Both the position numbers and the translations under genes were made by a program. The notes beneath the pieces were generated by a model, which saw nothing but the letters and a program-made list of their open reading frames with translations, was not told the origin of the DNA and did no database searches. Positions 26,091 to 36,990 of a DNA stretch of 64,000 bases are shown here, one piece after another; positions within the stretch are counted from its first letter, which is position 1; each line of letters starts with the position of its first letter. Origin of the DNA: Balanoglossus misakiensis (taxonomy: Eukaryota; Animalia; Hemichordata). The stretch lies in assembly GCA_040954595.2 (NCBI GenBank), contig CM082576.2, forward strand, positions 19,143,028 through 19,207,027, given 5' to 3'.

Positions 26091-27617
26091 TTAATTGTAT
26101 GGTTATGTTTACTTAACAATTTCTTTTACACTATTTATGTAATAGAGAACCACCGACCCCGAGGTGGTTCTTGGTTTCTAATTGCCGAGGGCCGCAGGCC
26201 CGAGGCGATTGGAAACCAAGAACCACTGAGGGGGAGGTGGTTCTCTAACTTAAACCACGACCCCCCACAGACATTGTCACCATTGGAGCTTCGTGTACCA
26301 CAAAGACGTCGTTTTACTCAACGATTCAATAAAATGAACGAACAAAAGCTTATCAAAAGAGGCTTATTCTTCATTGCTGACTGTGAAATTTGGTTGGCCA
26401 CCCCTTTTCCTATAAATGAATCATGTCGTGGGCAGGTAGTTCTAGACCGCCCTGCTGGGCCTTACAAGATCGCCCACGCTTGACAGGTGTTACTCTAAAT
26501 GTTCATGCTTACGTGTCAGAGTGATATGCTAATTTCAAACACTAATTTGCATCAAATTAAACTTTACAGGTGTGTTACGTAGTGTATTATGGGAAGCGTT
26601 ACAGCTATTGGGGTTTTGCGTGCACATGGTAAGCTTACGCGAAAATTTTCTAGGCCAAATGCAGAAGGCCTACATGTAAGTGTCACGTTTTTTTTTTATT
26701 TTCCTTCAAATGTCCATGAAATCGATCTGAAGATACATGTAGTTCCGATCTATATCATCTGCGAAAACAAGCGGCTACATGTTGGTAAAGCAAAAACCGG
26801 GTAACAATGCTCTACATGGTACTACTGCCCGTCTGTGTATTGGCCTCCCTGGCTTTTGAACGAACCACTCTCTACGAGCCACAGCGGCAACACGTCTGTA
26901 TGGTAGCGATATTGGTGAGTAACTCATCTGCGAAAAGACTTGATACCGAAGTGAATCCGTCCGACATTACAAACCCACGTCTGGTGAACAGCAACAAAAA
27001 GTAAGCAGAATTTTGCAAGGTACGCGGGTTTTAGGCCTAAAACAGCCAACCTTGTTACATGTCGGTAGTGAAGCAAAATCGAAGTGAAGCATCTGGTTAG
27101 AGTAATACAAGCAAATCTGGGGATAATGTGATTTAGTATAATTTTCTAGAAATTTGTAGTTAATTTATTGCAACGTTAGTTTGTTTCTGGTGAATTGATT
27201 TTTGTCTATTTTATACTTTTATTATCATGTTATGAAGACTCTCGAGAGCCACCAAGACATTAGCTTTGTACGTCAGTAGACAAACTGTGAATGTGAAGCA
27301 TTGAATGAAATGATCCGGAGACTGTCGCATATCCAGTTCGCTTTCAATTAACATAACAATTACTCTATTCAAATGAAATGTACTTTGAATACAGGTATAG
27401 AAGTAAATGTAATGATGCAAATAAAGCATTGTGTATTTGTATTTTTGTTACGACAGGTGAGACTGAGTCCTGCGGTAGTTCTAGAACCCCCGGAGGTAGT
27501 TCTAGAACTACCCGGGACTTGGTTTTAAACCTGTGGTTTTGTGTGAGACGGAGGTTCTCTCAGTGAATGACTTGTATATTGAATAGTGTGACGTCACGAT
27601 CGTGGTTTAATTGTATG
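26091..27617. mobile_element. Crypton-like non-autonomous element with terminal hairpin
   Basis: ~105-bp palindrome 26143-26247 centred on ccgagggccgcaggcccgagg; inverted ttaaaccacga / tcgtggtttaa; 11-bp direct repeat TTAATTGTATG at both ends. Confidence 0.6.
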
Positions 27618-27686
27618 ATCATCTCCTTTGCAACTAAAGACTACTTTTGAACTGTCAGCAGAAAGTCTGATCCTCAAAGAATTTTG

Positions 27687-27881
27687 TACTGTAAACAGGA
27701 AATTTTCGCGAGCGATACATTTTTGCGAACTATGCGAGAGCCAAAAAAACGCGAAAATAAACAAGTTGTGTAAAAATGTTTTTCGAAGATAGCAATGCCG
27801 TGAAATATGAGAATGCGAAAATCAATCATCGCATAACAGTTGCCACTTTTGATATCATGAAAAATTTCCTGTTTTACAGTA
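27687..27881. mobile_element. Tc1/mariner-type TA MITE (family A)
   Basis: TA-CTGTAAACAGGAAATTTTCG...TTTCCTGTTTTACAG-TA. Confidence 0.85.
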
Positions 27882-28192
27882 TGTCATAAATATAAATCAG
27901 AAACAAAACTGGGCCAAGTATTTTAAGAATCTGGCATCTGTCACACTGATAGTTTGAGCTTAGAGAATCATAATATGCTGTTCTTGGAATTTTCGGGTGT
28001 GATAAATGTCGTTTCAAAATTTTTACATTTGATTTATACTAATACAAACATTGTTTTATACATGTACATTGGATACTCACTGTTGGTGAAGTAATTTTAT
28101 CATCAATGAAATTTCGTCAACTTGATGAGCTGAATCTTTATGACCATTCATCACACAAACATACTCTTTCTTTTTATTTTAATGATATTCAG

Positions 28193-28317
28193 GAACATGT
28201 GGTGGTTTGGAAACTGGTGAATCGGGGACCTTTCACAGCACTGGATACCCAGATGATAATTATTACATTCTACAAGAATGTATTTGGACAATCCAGGGAC
28301 CTGCAACATCCAGAATA
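28193..28317 (+). CDS. Exon: CUB1 first half (3' end disrupted)
   Basis: ag|GTCGGLETGESGTFHSTGYPDDNYYILQECIWTIQGPATSRI; no in-phase GT donor before TAA. Confidence 0.8.
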
Positions 28318-28623
28318 AGTGCTCACTTGTAAACTGTCAAATTCCAAAACCAGTTATTTTTTACAGTAAAACTTGCATAAACCACTAACTCTGTCTAATC
28401 TGGAAACCTGCCTATACAAAACACCTTTTCCCGTCCATTCGACATACAAACACTTTAAAAAAAAAAACAGACACATGTATTAGATTTAAATTCATTTCAA
28501 CTAAAAAAAAAATAATTTGATTTTTTTCTTCCTTATAACAAACATGATTTTTGGTAAACTTTTGAATTAAAGGGCCATTATCTATAACTTCAGGCTAGTT
28601 TATCAGTAATTTTGTTTTGTGTT

Positions 28624-29285
28624 TATTACACCTCACGTATTATACCGTTTTCGTGATTGGCTGAGACGCGCTCACGTGATATAGAAAAAAAAGTGATATA
28701 ACATGGCTAGAGTTGATATAGCCCTGTCGCGTGCGCTGATATTGCCCGCTTGGTTGTTTTGGTGTTCTGGGCACGACTTCTGCGCGTTCCAAACTGTCGT
28801 TCAATGGCTTCCTTCACGATCAGTCAACTCCCGCATCTATATGGCTTCAAAGCGACACACAGGCTTAACACCTGTTCTACTGGATGATATTTTACTGCAA
28901 ACGGGCAGTAAATACACCAAAATCGCAACCAACAGCGCAGTATTTTCAAAATAATCTAAGTTCGAAGTAGGTATCGTATAATTCTTGGGAGATCGAGACA
29001 TTTTACATTCTCAGCAACGTACGACATATGGACGCGAGTCTACATGCTACATGCTGCAGTGTATGTACGTTCAAATGTTCGGCGTAATAAAATTAATAAC
29101 ACATTATGCTCGGGCAACATCACGATTTGAAGCCTGCCCTCGGGCTGGTGATCTCTGACCAAAATATTGATGATACCCTCGCCTGCGGCTCGGGCATCAT
29201 CAATATTATGGTCAGAGATCACCATCCCTCATGCAGGCTTCAAATCGTGATATTGCCCTCGCTATCCTGTGTTATTATTTAAATT
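28624..29285. mobile_element. Crypton-like non-autonomous element
   Basis: ~180-bp palindrome 29095-29277 centred on ccctcgcctgcggctcggg; internal MASKRH..LLDDILLQTGSKYTKIATNSAV resembles a Crypton/DUF3504 N-terminus. Confidence 0.6.
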
Positions 29286-29643
29286 AAACACTTTTTCTTG
29301 TTCCTCTCCTCATGAGTAACCCATCACACCCAGCTCTCTGCTTGTCAACGAGTCATGTGTATGTGTACTGACTGTTGTTATTATTTACGAATGTTTTCAA
29401 ACAACAACAATGCCGATTGTGCCCTCATAGGTTTCGTTGAGAAGTTAAGACTATGGATTTAACTCTGCCCTGCGTAGCTGAACAAGAAACTATAATTGAT
29501 ACACAGAATAGAAATACTGAAAAATGCAAAAAGTTACAGCTAATGGGGCTTAAGTCATGAAACTGTGTTTATTTTCATGTATATTGGCTTGAGACAGCTC
29601 ACTATTTATGATGTGTGTTGTGACATTTTTTTATTCTTTTCAG

Positions 29644-29845
29644 TTTCTACATTTTGACACTGAACTTTATCATGATACTGTTGTCATTGTCGAGGTGTCT
29701 GTGTTTGACCCATCCAAAGTTCTTGCCACATACAGTGGACCGGACCAGCCTGATGAAGTTATTAGCAGTGGTAATGCAATGTTGGTGAAATTTCTCTCAG
29801 ATAGTTCGCATACTGCTACTGGCTTTGAAGCATCTTGGCAAGCAG
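29644..29845 (+). CDS. Exon: CUB1 second half
   Basis: cag|FLHFDTELYHDTVVI..ATYSG..VISSGNAMLVKFLSDSSHTATGFEASWQA g|gtaat. Confidence 0.92.
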
Positions 29846-30138
29846 GTAATACCAAGTTTTATACATAATGTAAAACTGGAAATTTTCGCAAACGATAAAT
29901 TTTCGCGAACTACACATAAACTTTGCATGTGTGGACACAAGGCAACTAAAAGCATTAATGCTCTGTGTTTACCTTAGGCAAATAGTGTCTCTGAAACGTT
30001 TCGAATTTTACCCTACGTGAACCTGGTATAACATTATAGATTGCACATGTAGGCAATATTTGCCCTACCTCGACTGTGATCTTGCTGATGTCCTGTTTGT
30101 GAAGTGTTTCTGTTAAGATGACTTCTTCTTTCTTTCAG

Positions 30139-30290
30139 TGTATTCTTTGTGTGGTGGGAATTTCATAGCACAGTCATATAAACAGAATCTCAGCAGTACA
30201 GAATATTTTGAAGGCAAGAATTATCTCAACAATGAAGATTGTAACTGACAGCTGGCATCATTCACAACAGAATTTGTTGTCACTTTACAG
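30139..30290 (+). CDS. Exon: CUB2 first half, with in-frame stop
   Basis: tttcag|VYSLCGGNFIAQSYKQNLSS..NYLNNEDCN*QLAS..VVTLQ|gtagt; TGA at 30246-30248. Confidence 0.8.
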
Positions 30291-30807
30291 GTAGTGGATT
30301 CAGATGCAATTAATCGTGTGAGTTGTTTTACAGCATGACAAAAATTAGTAATTATATTTTTAAAAATACATTTTATTTTTGTCATTTCTGGTCAATTCTC
30401 AGTAGTCACTTTTCCGATTTCTTAAAATTTGGTTTACAAGGACCTACAATATTTGTTATTATGGTGTACATAAACATGTGACAAATATCAATACTGGGGA
30501 GGAGGGGGGTGGGTAGTTTTAGACATTTTTGGTCCAAAAGTCCACTTATGTCAGAAACGGCTCTTCCAGTTGTTTTGGATTTTGGTTTATTGGGATGTGA
30601 AAATATTCTTTATCAGATGTATTCTTATATTACCTCATCAATGCTAAAGGTGTCCTTATATTGTCCCTTTAAATCACTTAAAATCATTCCCAAAGAATTT
30701 CAACCCAGTAAGAATTGTAAGGATCACAGATCTATCTTCTTTTGCCATTCTTTCTGGAAGTTTATAATATAAGCTAATCTGATACTGGGTCATTATGGAA
30801 CTTTTTA

Positions 30808-31010
30808 ACAGAAAAAATAACAAAATGTGAAAAAAGTTAAATGAGTTTAATTTGATAACTACATGTATAACGACAGAAAGGTTTGACCTAAGGAAGTCAT
30901 ATACAGTTAACAGTCATTTCTTCTGTCGCGTACGACTTTTTATCCAGAAGGCAATTATTATGTGATTTGATCCCCTAGCACAAAATAAAAGGCAGCCAGG
31001 ATTACACCAA
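30808..31010 (+). repeat. Dispersed repeat, also at ~62853-63057
   Basis: Shared acag.aaaataacaaaatgtgaaaaa..aatgagtttaat..tgtgatttga.cccctagc.caaa..aaggcagccag. Confidence 0.65.
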
Positions 31011-31048
31011 ACCTGTGGATTGAATTCATTATTCCTTGTTTGGTATTT

Positions 31049-31794
31049 TTAGCTTGGCTGTCACTTGTGTCAGCCAAGCTGTAGCAGTAGGTTTATAAGT
31101 GTCCGTCTGTCGTCCGGCGTCCGTTGTCCGTCGTCCGTCAACTTTCGGTATTTCAATCTTCTTCGTTAAAACGACATTGCATATTTAGCTATAATTTGGT
31201 AGGAATGTGTGTTATGGTGCCCCTACCTGATTTTGTAAATTTGGATTTGATGGGGTCATAAATATGCTAATTAGATCTAAAAATAGAATGTTGGTCAAAC
31301 ATTTTCTTCTCCCTAACTACATGTACGATGGAGCTGAAATTTGGCAGGAATGTGTGTTATGGTGCCCCTACCTGATTTCATAAATTTGGATATGATCGGG
31401 TCATGAATATGCAAATTAGATCTAAAAATATAATTTTTGGTAAAAAATCTTCTTATCCCTAACTACATGTACGATGGAGCTGAAATTTGGTAGAATGTGT
31501 GTTATGGTGCCCCTACCTGATTTTGTTTTATTGGAATTTTGATCGGGTCATGAATATGCAAATTAGTACCTTGGTACTTCCTTTTGATGTTGTTCTTTAG
31601 GAATAAATTCTTTCTTTCTTTAGCACAATGAATCAGGCTGAATGTGGATATTAAATACTTGTGATGTCTATGTTTGGTTTTGTTTAATAGAATACAATTG
31701 TTATGATTAAAACCTAGGGTATTCATATCATTGCCCAGCTATAGGTTTCACTGTTAAAGTCAGCAGAGCTCTTTTGACCGATAGGTCACTTGTT
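31049..31794. mobile_element. Helentron-derived HINE (DINE-1-like) with internal ~145-bp tandem repeats
   Basis: In a T-run; 5' hairpin agcttggctg..cagccaagct, (cgtc)n microsatellite, ~2.5 tandem copies (31190-31565), 3' cagcagagct plus hairpin tgacc-gata-ggtca and cttgtt. Confidence 0.8.
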
Positions 31795-31803
31795 TCTTTA
31801 AAG

Positions 31804-31988
31804 GTTGCCAGGGAATTGAAATTCTGCGTAGTTTTGGCACGATTCAGTCACCAGGGTATGATGTTAGCACTTACCCTGATGATGTTATGTGTAGCTGGTT
31901 AATCAAGGAACCAACTGGAAGACCATTAACTCTTATCTTTGATGAGAACTTTGGATTAGAGAGGAACACAGATGTTGATTACATCATT
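31804..31988 (+). CDS. Exon: CUB3 first half
   Basis: aag|GCQGIEILRSFGTIQSPGYDVSTYPDDVMCSWLIKEPTGRPLTLIFDENFGLE..DYII|gtatc. Confidence 0.9.
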
Positions 31989-32149
31989 GTATCAGATATG
32001 ATCATGAGTCAGCCATGTTAAAAATATTTGTCATATTAAAAAATTTGTCATATTATTTTGCAGTGATTTTAGTTTGACAATTTTGGCAGACATTACTTCA
32101 AACTATACAACTTTGGAACACAATTTGGAAATTTAATTAATCACATATA

Positions 32150-32359
32150 TACTGTAAAACGGGATACTTTTGCAACATGAAATTTTCGCGTTATCAAAAG
32201 AGGCAAGTGTTATGCAACAATAACTTTTCACGTTCTTGTATTTCACTGCATCATTATCCCCGAAAAACATTTTTACGCAACTTTTTATTTTCATGTTTTG
32301 ATGGCTCTCACGTAGATCGCGAAAATTTATTGTTTGCGAACATTTCCCATTTTACAGTA
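32150..32359. mobile_element. TA MITE family A
   Basis: TA-CTGTAAAACGGG...CCCATTTTACAG-TA. Confidence 0.8.
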
Positions 32360-32401
32360 TGTTGAGTAGCTGTTACAGCAGGAAATGCAACAAGGATTGA
32401 A

Positions 32402-32600
32402 TACTATAAAATTTTCGTGAACGATAAATTTTCGTAAACTATGTGAGAGCCAAAAAATATGAAAATAAAAAGTCGCTTAAAATGCTTCAGAGATAACAAT
32501 GCAGTAAAATATGGCAATGTGAAAATTAATTGTCGCGTAACAGTAGCCACCTTTGATATCGCGACAATTTCCTGTTGTGAAGATTTCCCGTTTTACGGTA
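32402..32600. mobile_element. TA MITE family A (diverged)
   Basis: Internal homology to 27687-27881; ends ttttacggta. Confidence 0.75.
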
Positions 32601-32637
32601 TTTACAATGCATGCTTAATTTGTCTTTGTTACTGAAG

Positions 32638-32821
32638 GTATACAATGGTACTGAGAGTGATGATGATATCATTATTGGTCCATGGAGTGGCAATTCTGAT
32701 GGAGTCATTGATGGCACTGTGCCACCACCCGATTGCCGTACAGACATTGGACACTTTTCGGTTGTGTTCAGGAGTAGTAGAACACGACCAGCTAAAGGAT
32801 TCAGGGCTTCATTTTCACCAG
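32638..32821 (+). CDS. Exon: CUB3 second half
   Basis: aag|VYNGTESDD..GPWSG..HFSVVFRSSRTRPAKGFRASFSP g|gtac. Confidence 0.9.
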
Positions 32822-32828
32822 GTACACA

Positions 32829-33038
32829 TACTGTAAAACACTTTATTTTCACGAGTTGAAATTTTCGCGACATCGAGAGAGGCCACTGTTTCGCCAGTAT
32901 TAATTTTCGCGTTCTCTTATTTCATTCATTGCATCTTTATCTTCAAAAAAATTACGCAACTTTTTATTTTCACGCTATTTTGGCTCTCGCGTATTTCGCG
33001 AAAATCTCTTGCTCGCGAAAATAAAGTGTTTTACAGTA
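32829..33038. mobile_element. TA MITE family A
   Basis: TA-CTGTAAAACACTTTATTTTC...GAAAATAAAGTGTTTTACAG-TA. Confidence 0.88.
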
Positions 33039-33261
33039 ACTTACTAACATTTCAGAAAAAGTTGTTACAGAATTCTTAGAAACACACTCTCCCTTTATTC
33101 CTTGTGATTTAGAGTCATTAATTGAAAGGTGCAAATGTTTTTGAATTTTTACGAAACTTCAAAGAGCTGGAAAAACAGAGACAGTAATTTCTTACAATTG
33201 CAATGCAATTTTGGACCATTGACAGGAATGGCAACACTCTTGTATCACACTCAATAAAGTG

Positions 33262-33476
33262 ATGGGGTCGTCGCACTGCGTTTGTTTGTTTATAAACATT
33301 GCAATTCATCCACAAATCCCTGAAATTAGACAGCCACGACCTACTAGGATCTTCAGTTGCTGTCATGGACAGTCTAGGATACTGTCAGCTGCTTCGTTCA
33401 TTCTAAGAATTATCTTATTTGAGGGATTTGTGGATGAATTGTAATGTTTATAAACAAACGCATTGCGACGACCCCT
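33262..33476. mobile_element. Palindromic MITE
   Basis: ~70-bp TIR ggggtcgtcgca..tttataaacattgcaattcatccacaaatccct / agggatttgtggatgaattgtaatgtttataaa..tgcgacgacccc. Confidence 0.75.
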
Positions 33477-33556
33477 TCACTTTAAAACAACTGACATTTA
33501 TGAGTTTAAGTATTTGTCTGCATGCATTCTTATCATTGTGATCCTTGTTCTGACAG

Positions 33557-33610
33557 ACTGTCCCGAAATTGTGATTAGTGAGGGCGTGGTGACCAGTACA
33601 GAGATAGAAG
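33557..33610 (+). CDS. Exon: start of Sushi 1
   Basis: acag|DCPEIVISEGVVTSTEIE g|gtatg; phase-compatible with both neighbours. Confidence 0.65.
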
Positions 33611-33902
33611 GTATGATGTCTCTGTCTCATTCCAATGCTCGGACGGTTATCCAGTAGTTAAAGGGGATGTCCGGTCTAGCTGATATCTACATAATTTTGT
33701 AGCTTTGAGGTCACTCTTTCAGGAAAAAAAAAACATTTTCGCCGTGTATAAGTCGTACCAGCTATGCAAATATGCCTAGCCTGGTGTCTTGTATCCAAGA
33801 TAATTAATGAAAAAAGTGCAGTGATGAGAGAGACTTAATTTGTCTCTTGAATCTATTGTTAGCAACAACTTGAATGACACTAATTTGTTGTTTATTTTTT
33901 AG

Positions 33903-34082
33903 GAATAACATGTGGTGGACCCCCTGAGTGCAGCAATGGAATTCTTACCAATGTTACCAGTACAGTGTATGGTGGCATTGCTTATTATCAATGCATTGAG
34001 GGCTATCAGTTTATAAATAATGTGTCTTCATTGGAATGCCAAGCAGATGGTGTCTGGGGTCCACTTGTGCCCCAATGCGAGC
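33903..34082 (+). CDS. Exon: Sushi/CCP domain
   Basis: tag|ITCGGPPECSNG..YGGIAYYQCIEGY..ECQADGVWGPLVPQCE c|gtaagt. Confidence 0.92.
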
Positions 34083-34185
34083 GTAAGTTGATATTTTTGA
34101 AAACAATTAAACTGCCATTGTAGTGCACACTTAGGAGACGGATTTTCAGAAAAATGTTAGTCCTCTGAACCTTTCAGTGCTTTAA

Positions 34186-34486
34186 AGCCACTAGAGCTGC
34201 CACTTTTTGCATTTATTTTCAGATTTTATTTTCCGACGTAGATTGGTACATTGAAATAATTAAGCTTACTGATAGGGATACAAGAACATGTCATCAATGC
34301 CTGATTGTGGCTGTATGTTGCAATTTAAACGTGCAATGTATTAAACAGGTGCCGTACCCATTTTATTAAAATCAGCCTCCATACAAACAGTATGCAGCTA
34401 GCTATCGTGGTATGCATCACCATAGATTTGAAAGGTTTTACTGTGGAAAAGAAAAAAAATTGTGAAATTTGGCAGCTCTAGAGGCT
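34186..34486. mobile_element. Kolobok-type MITE
   Basis: TTAA-AGCCACTAGAGCTGCC...GGCAGCTCTAGAGGCT-TTAA. Confidence 0.8.
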
Positions 34487-34787
34487 TTAAAGTGTGTGAT
34501 GAGTCGTTTTGAAAACAAAGTATAACACAGGGTGTTCACTGTCATGTTTTCATAAAAATCACTGACTCAAGTTGAAATTCTCTCCATAGCGTTATGATGG
34601 GGCACTTTGTGCTGGTTGCTACATTCCACATGGGTGTCTAATTGGGACATTACACACTGAATGTTAAACCAGACACTGGTAACTTGAAAATATGCAGGAT
34701 TGTGAGGGTTACTGCTACATGTCCCTCTAAACCATTTTCCTAGTATTAACACACTTGTAATGTTATCTGTTCATCTTATTCAAACAG

Positions 34788-34970
34788 CTCGCGAGTGTCC
34801 ACCACCGAATGTAGACAACTACTTATCATATGAAATTGTTAATGGTGATTCATTGATTTTTGGAACAACCGTTGCCTACTCATGTCCATCTGGCTACAGT
34901 CTGACTGGCTACACTGTCTCTACATGTGGTGAAGATGGATCATGGATTGGAGATCCAGGATACTGTCAAC
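34788..34970 (+). CDS. Exon: Sushi/CCP domain
   Basis: cag|RECPPP..NGDSLIFGTTVAYSCPSGY..TCGEDGSWIGDPGYCQ c|gtaagt. Confidence 0.93.
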
Positions 34971-35280
34971 GTAAGTCATTTAAGGATGTACATTCAGTAA
35001 AATTGAAAATATGGTCATTTCTTTTAATTGTTAATTTTTGGATTATCCTATGTATGTATAATGAAAATTTGTGATAAAATATAGGGGTCACCACGCTTGT
35101 TTTTGAAATACAGAGTCATGAATTTAGTCGATAATTGAAAAAAAGGAGTCAATGGTATCTGGACTTTTATAGTGGGAACTTGGGGTGAAAATGTTAAAGT
35201 TGTGACAGAATACAGATACCCAATATATATACCACAATCAAGTCTGCATCCACATAGTGTTTTATTTTTTTTACTTGCAG

Positions 35281-35463
35281 GATTGAACTGCAGTGATATA
35301 CTCATAACAGACCCACATCTACAAGCTGTCCCTGATAGTGGACCATATTATATGGGCAGTAACATCACATTCTATTGTAATGCTGGCTATGAATTAAATG
35401 GTGCTGATTACCTGACTTGTCAATCCGATTTACAGTGGAATAGTGCAATACCATCATGCATTG
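35281..35463 (+). CDS. Exon: Sushi/CCP domain
   Basis: ttgcag|LNCSD..YYMGSNITFYCNAGYELNGADYLTCQSDLQWNSAIPSCI g|gtaagt. Confidence 0.93.
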
Positions 35464-35654
35464 GTAAGTTCACATCAAGATTGGTCTTCATGTGGTTGTC
35501 TGCTTATGAGGTACCGTAATCGATCACTCCAGTAATTTGACTATTTATCATAAATGTCACCTAAACTACATGCTGATAGGACATACAGTTCATGCCATGC
35601 AAATCTATGGCTGTCAGAAATTTCATGATTTTCGTAATTTTATTTTTCATTGAT

Positions 35655-35852
35655 TACTGTAAAACAGGAAATTTTCGCGACAAAGAAATTTTTTGCGATA
35701 TCAAAAGCAGAAACTGTTATGAGACGATTAATTTTCATGTTCTCGTATTTCACTACATTGTTATCACTGAAAATAGTTTTTTACACAAAAATGTCTTTTT
35801 TTTTTGGGCTCTTGCATAGTTCGCGAAAATTTGTTTGTGAAAATTTCCTGTT
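35655..35852. mobile_element. TA MITE family A (right end truncated)
   Basis: TA-CTGTAAAACAGGAAATTTTCGCG...aaatttcctgtt. Confidence 0.75.
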
Positions 35853-35941
35853 GGTCTGGTGGTTCCCAGCTAAACTTGTTGGTCTGAATTTACCAGCGGA
35901 CCTGTGGGATTTTGATCATATCTTGATGAATAACATTTCAG

Positions 35942-36070
35942 ATATCAATGAATGTAGTACATTGGTGGCACGGTGTGGAATCAATCAAGTCTGTGAAAAT
36001 AGAGATGGTGACTATCAGTGTGCATGTTTGGTGGGATTTGAACCAGATGTGAATGGAACAGCATGCAAAG
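35942..36070 (+). CDS. Exon: calcium-binding EGF domain
   Basis: ttcag|DINECSTLVARCGINQVCENRDGDYQCACLVGFEPDVNGTACK g|gtgag. Confidence 0.93.
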
Positions 36071-36591
36071 GTGAGACATAAACAAGTCACTTGCAACATA
36101 ACTTCAAGTCACTATTTTCACATTTAACACATTCCGAACTTATTTCAGAATTCCGGATAAATTTTTGGAATGACCTTTTAATCTCAGGTGTCTTTTTCTC
36201 ATAGGATTACATTGATAATTGCTAGAAAACAAACTTCTACTATTGTCATTTTCACGAAATTTTACACATAGCTCAGTCTAGTAAATATAAATTCATTGGT
36301 CAAATAAAATTGTGTGATTACAATGCTCTATTTTGAGATAAATTTCTTTAAGGTTTTTGTCCATAGACAAACCATTGGTGAACCATGCTGAGTCAGCAGG
36401 TTTCTTCTATTATCAACTAAATTAATGGCCTTGTATTTCAAAAGCAAGCAAGGTGACGCCTTTATTTTATCACAGATTCATCTTGTACGTACACAAGATA
36501 ATCCCAAAATTCACGATTAAAAGAAATGACAATACTTTCAATTTTACTGAACGTACATTGTTTTAATCCAATCCATGTTCCTTCTTTGTAG

Positions 36592-36777
36592 ATATAAATG
36601 AATGTGCTTCACATTCTTGTGATCAACTTTGTAAAAACACTGCAGGTGGTTTTCAATGTTCCTGTGAAGAAGGCTATCTCTTATATGCAAATAACGGCAC
36701 AGGTGGATTCTATCTGCCACCTGGAGAAACTGGTCTCTCAATGTATGATGTCTACACTTTTAACCAATCATGTGTTC
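36592..36777 (+). CDS. Exon: EGF domain with uif-type insertion
   Basis: tgtag|DINECASHSCDQLCKNTAGGFQCSCEEGYLLYANNGTGGFYLPPGETGLSMYDVYTFNQSCV c|gtaagt. Confidence 0.92.
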
Positions 36778-36807
36778 GTAAGTATCATGTTAAACTATAG
36801 AGTTAAA

Positions 36808-36990
36808 GGTATATGATCACCCATGGAAAATTAGCTATATATAGTTACCATGGAAAATTGAAATCTAGCCAATCACAGATTTTCATTTGGTGGCACACGT
36901 GGAAAACAGGCGCCACCATATGTTCTTTAGAATGCTCAAATACGCCATTCAGCCATATATGGGAATGTGTATTGAAGGTGACTGTATACT
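36808..36990. mobile_element. Small Kolobok-type MITE
   Basis: TTAA-AGGTATATGATCACC...GGTGACTGTATACTT-TTAA. Confidence 0.65.

Larger units (their letters stand above)
24764..36777 (+). pseudogene. uif: uninflatable-like multidomain extracellular protein gene (CTL-CUBx3-Sushi-EGF), N-terminal part, probably disabled
   Basis: 13 exon segments in uif domain order; last exon CSCEEGYLLYANNGTGGFYLPPGETG...FNQSCV resembles the characteristic inserted EGF of uif (recalled, not searched); in-frame TGA at 30246, lost donor near 28317, missing exons. Confidence 0.6.
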
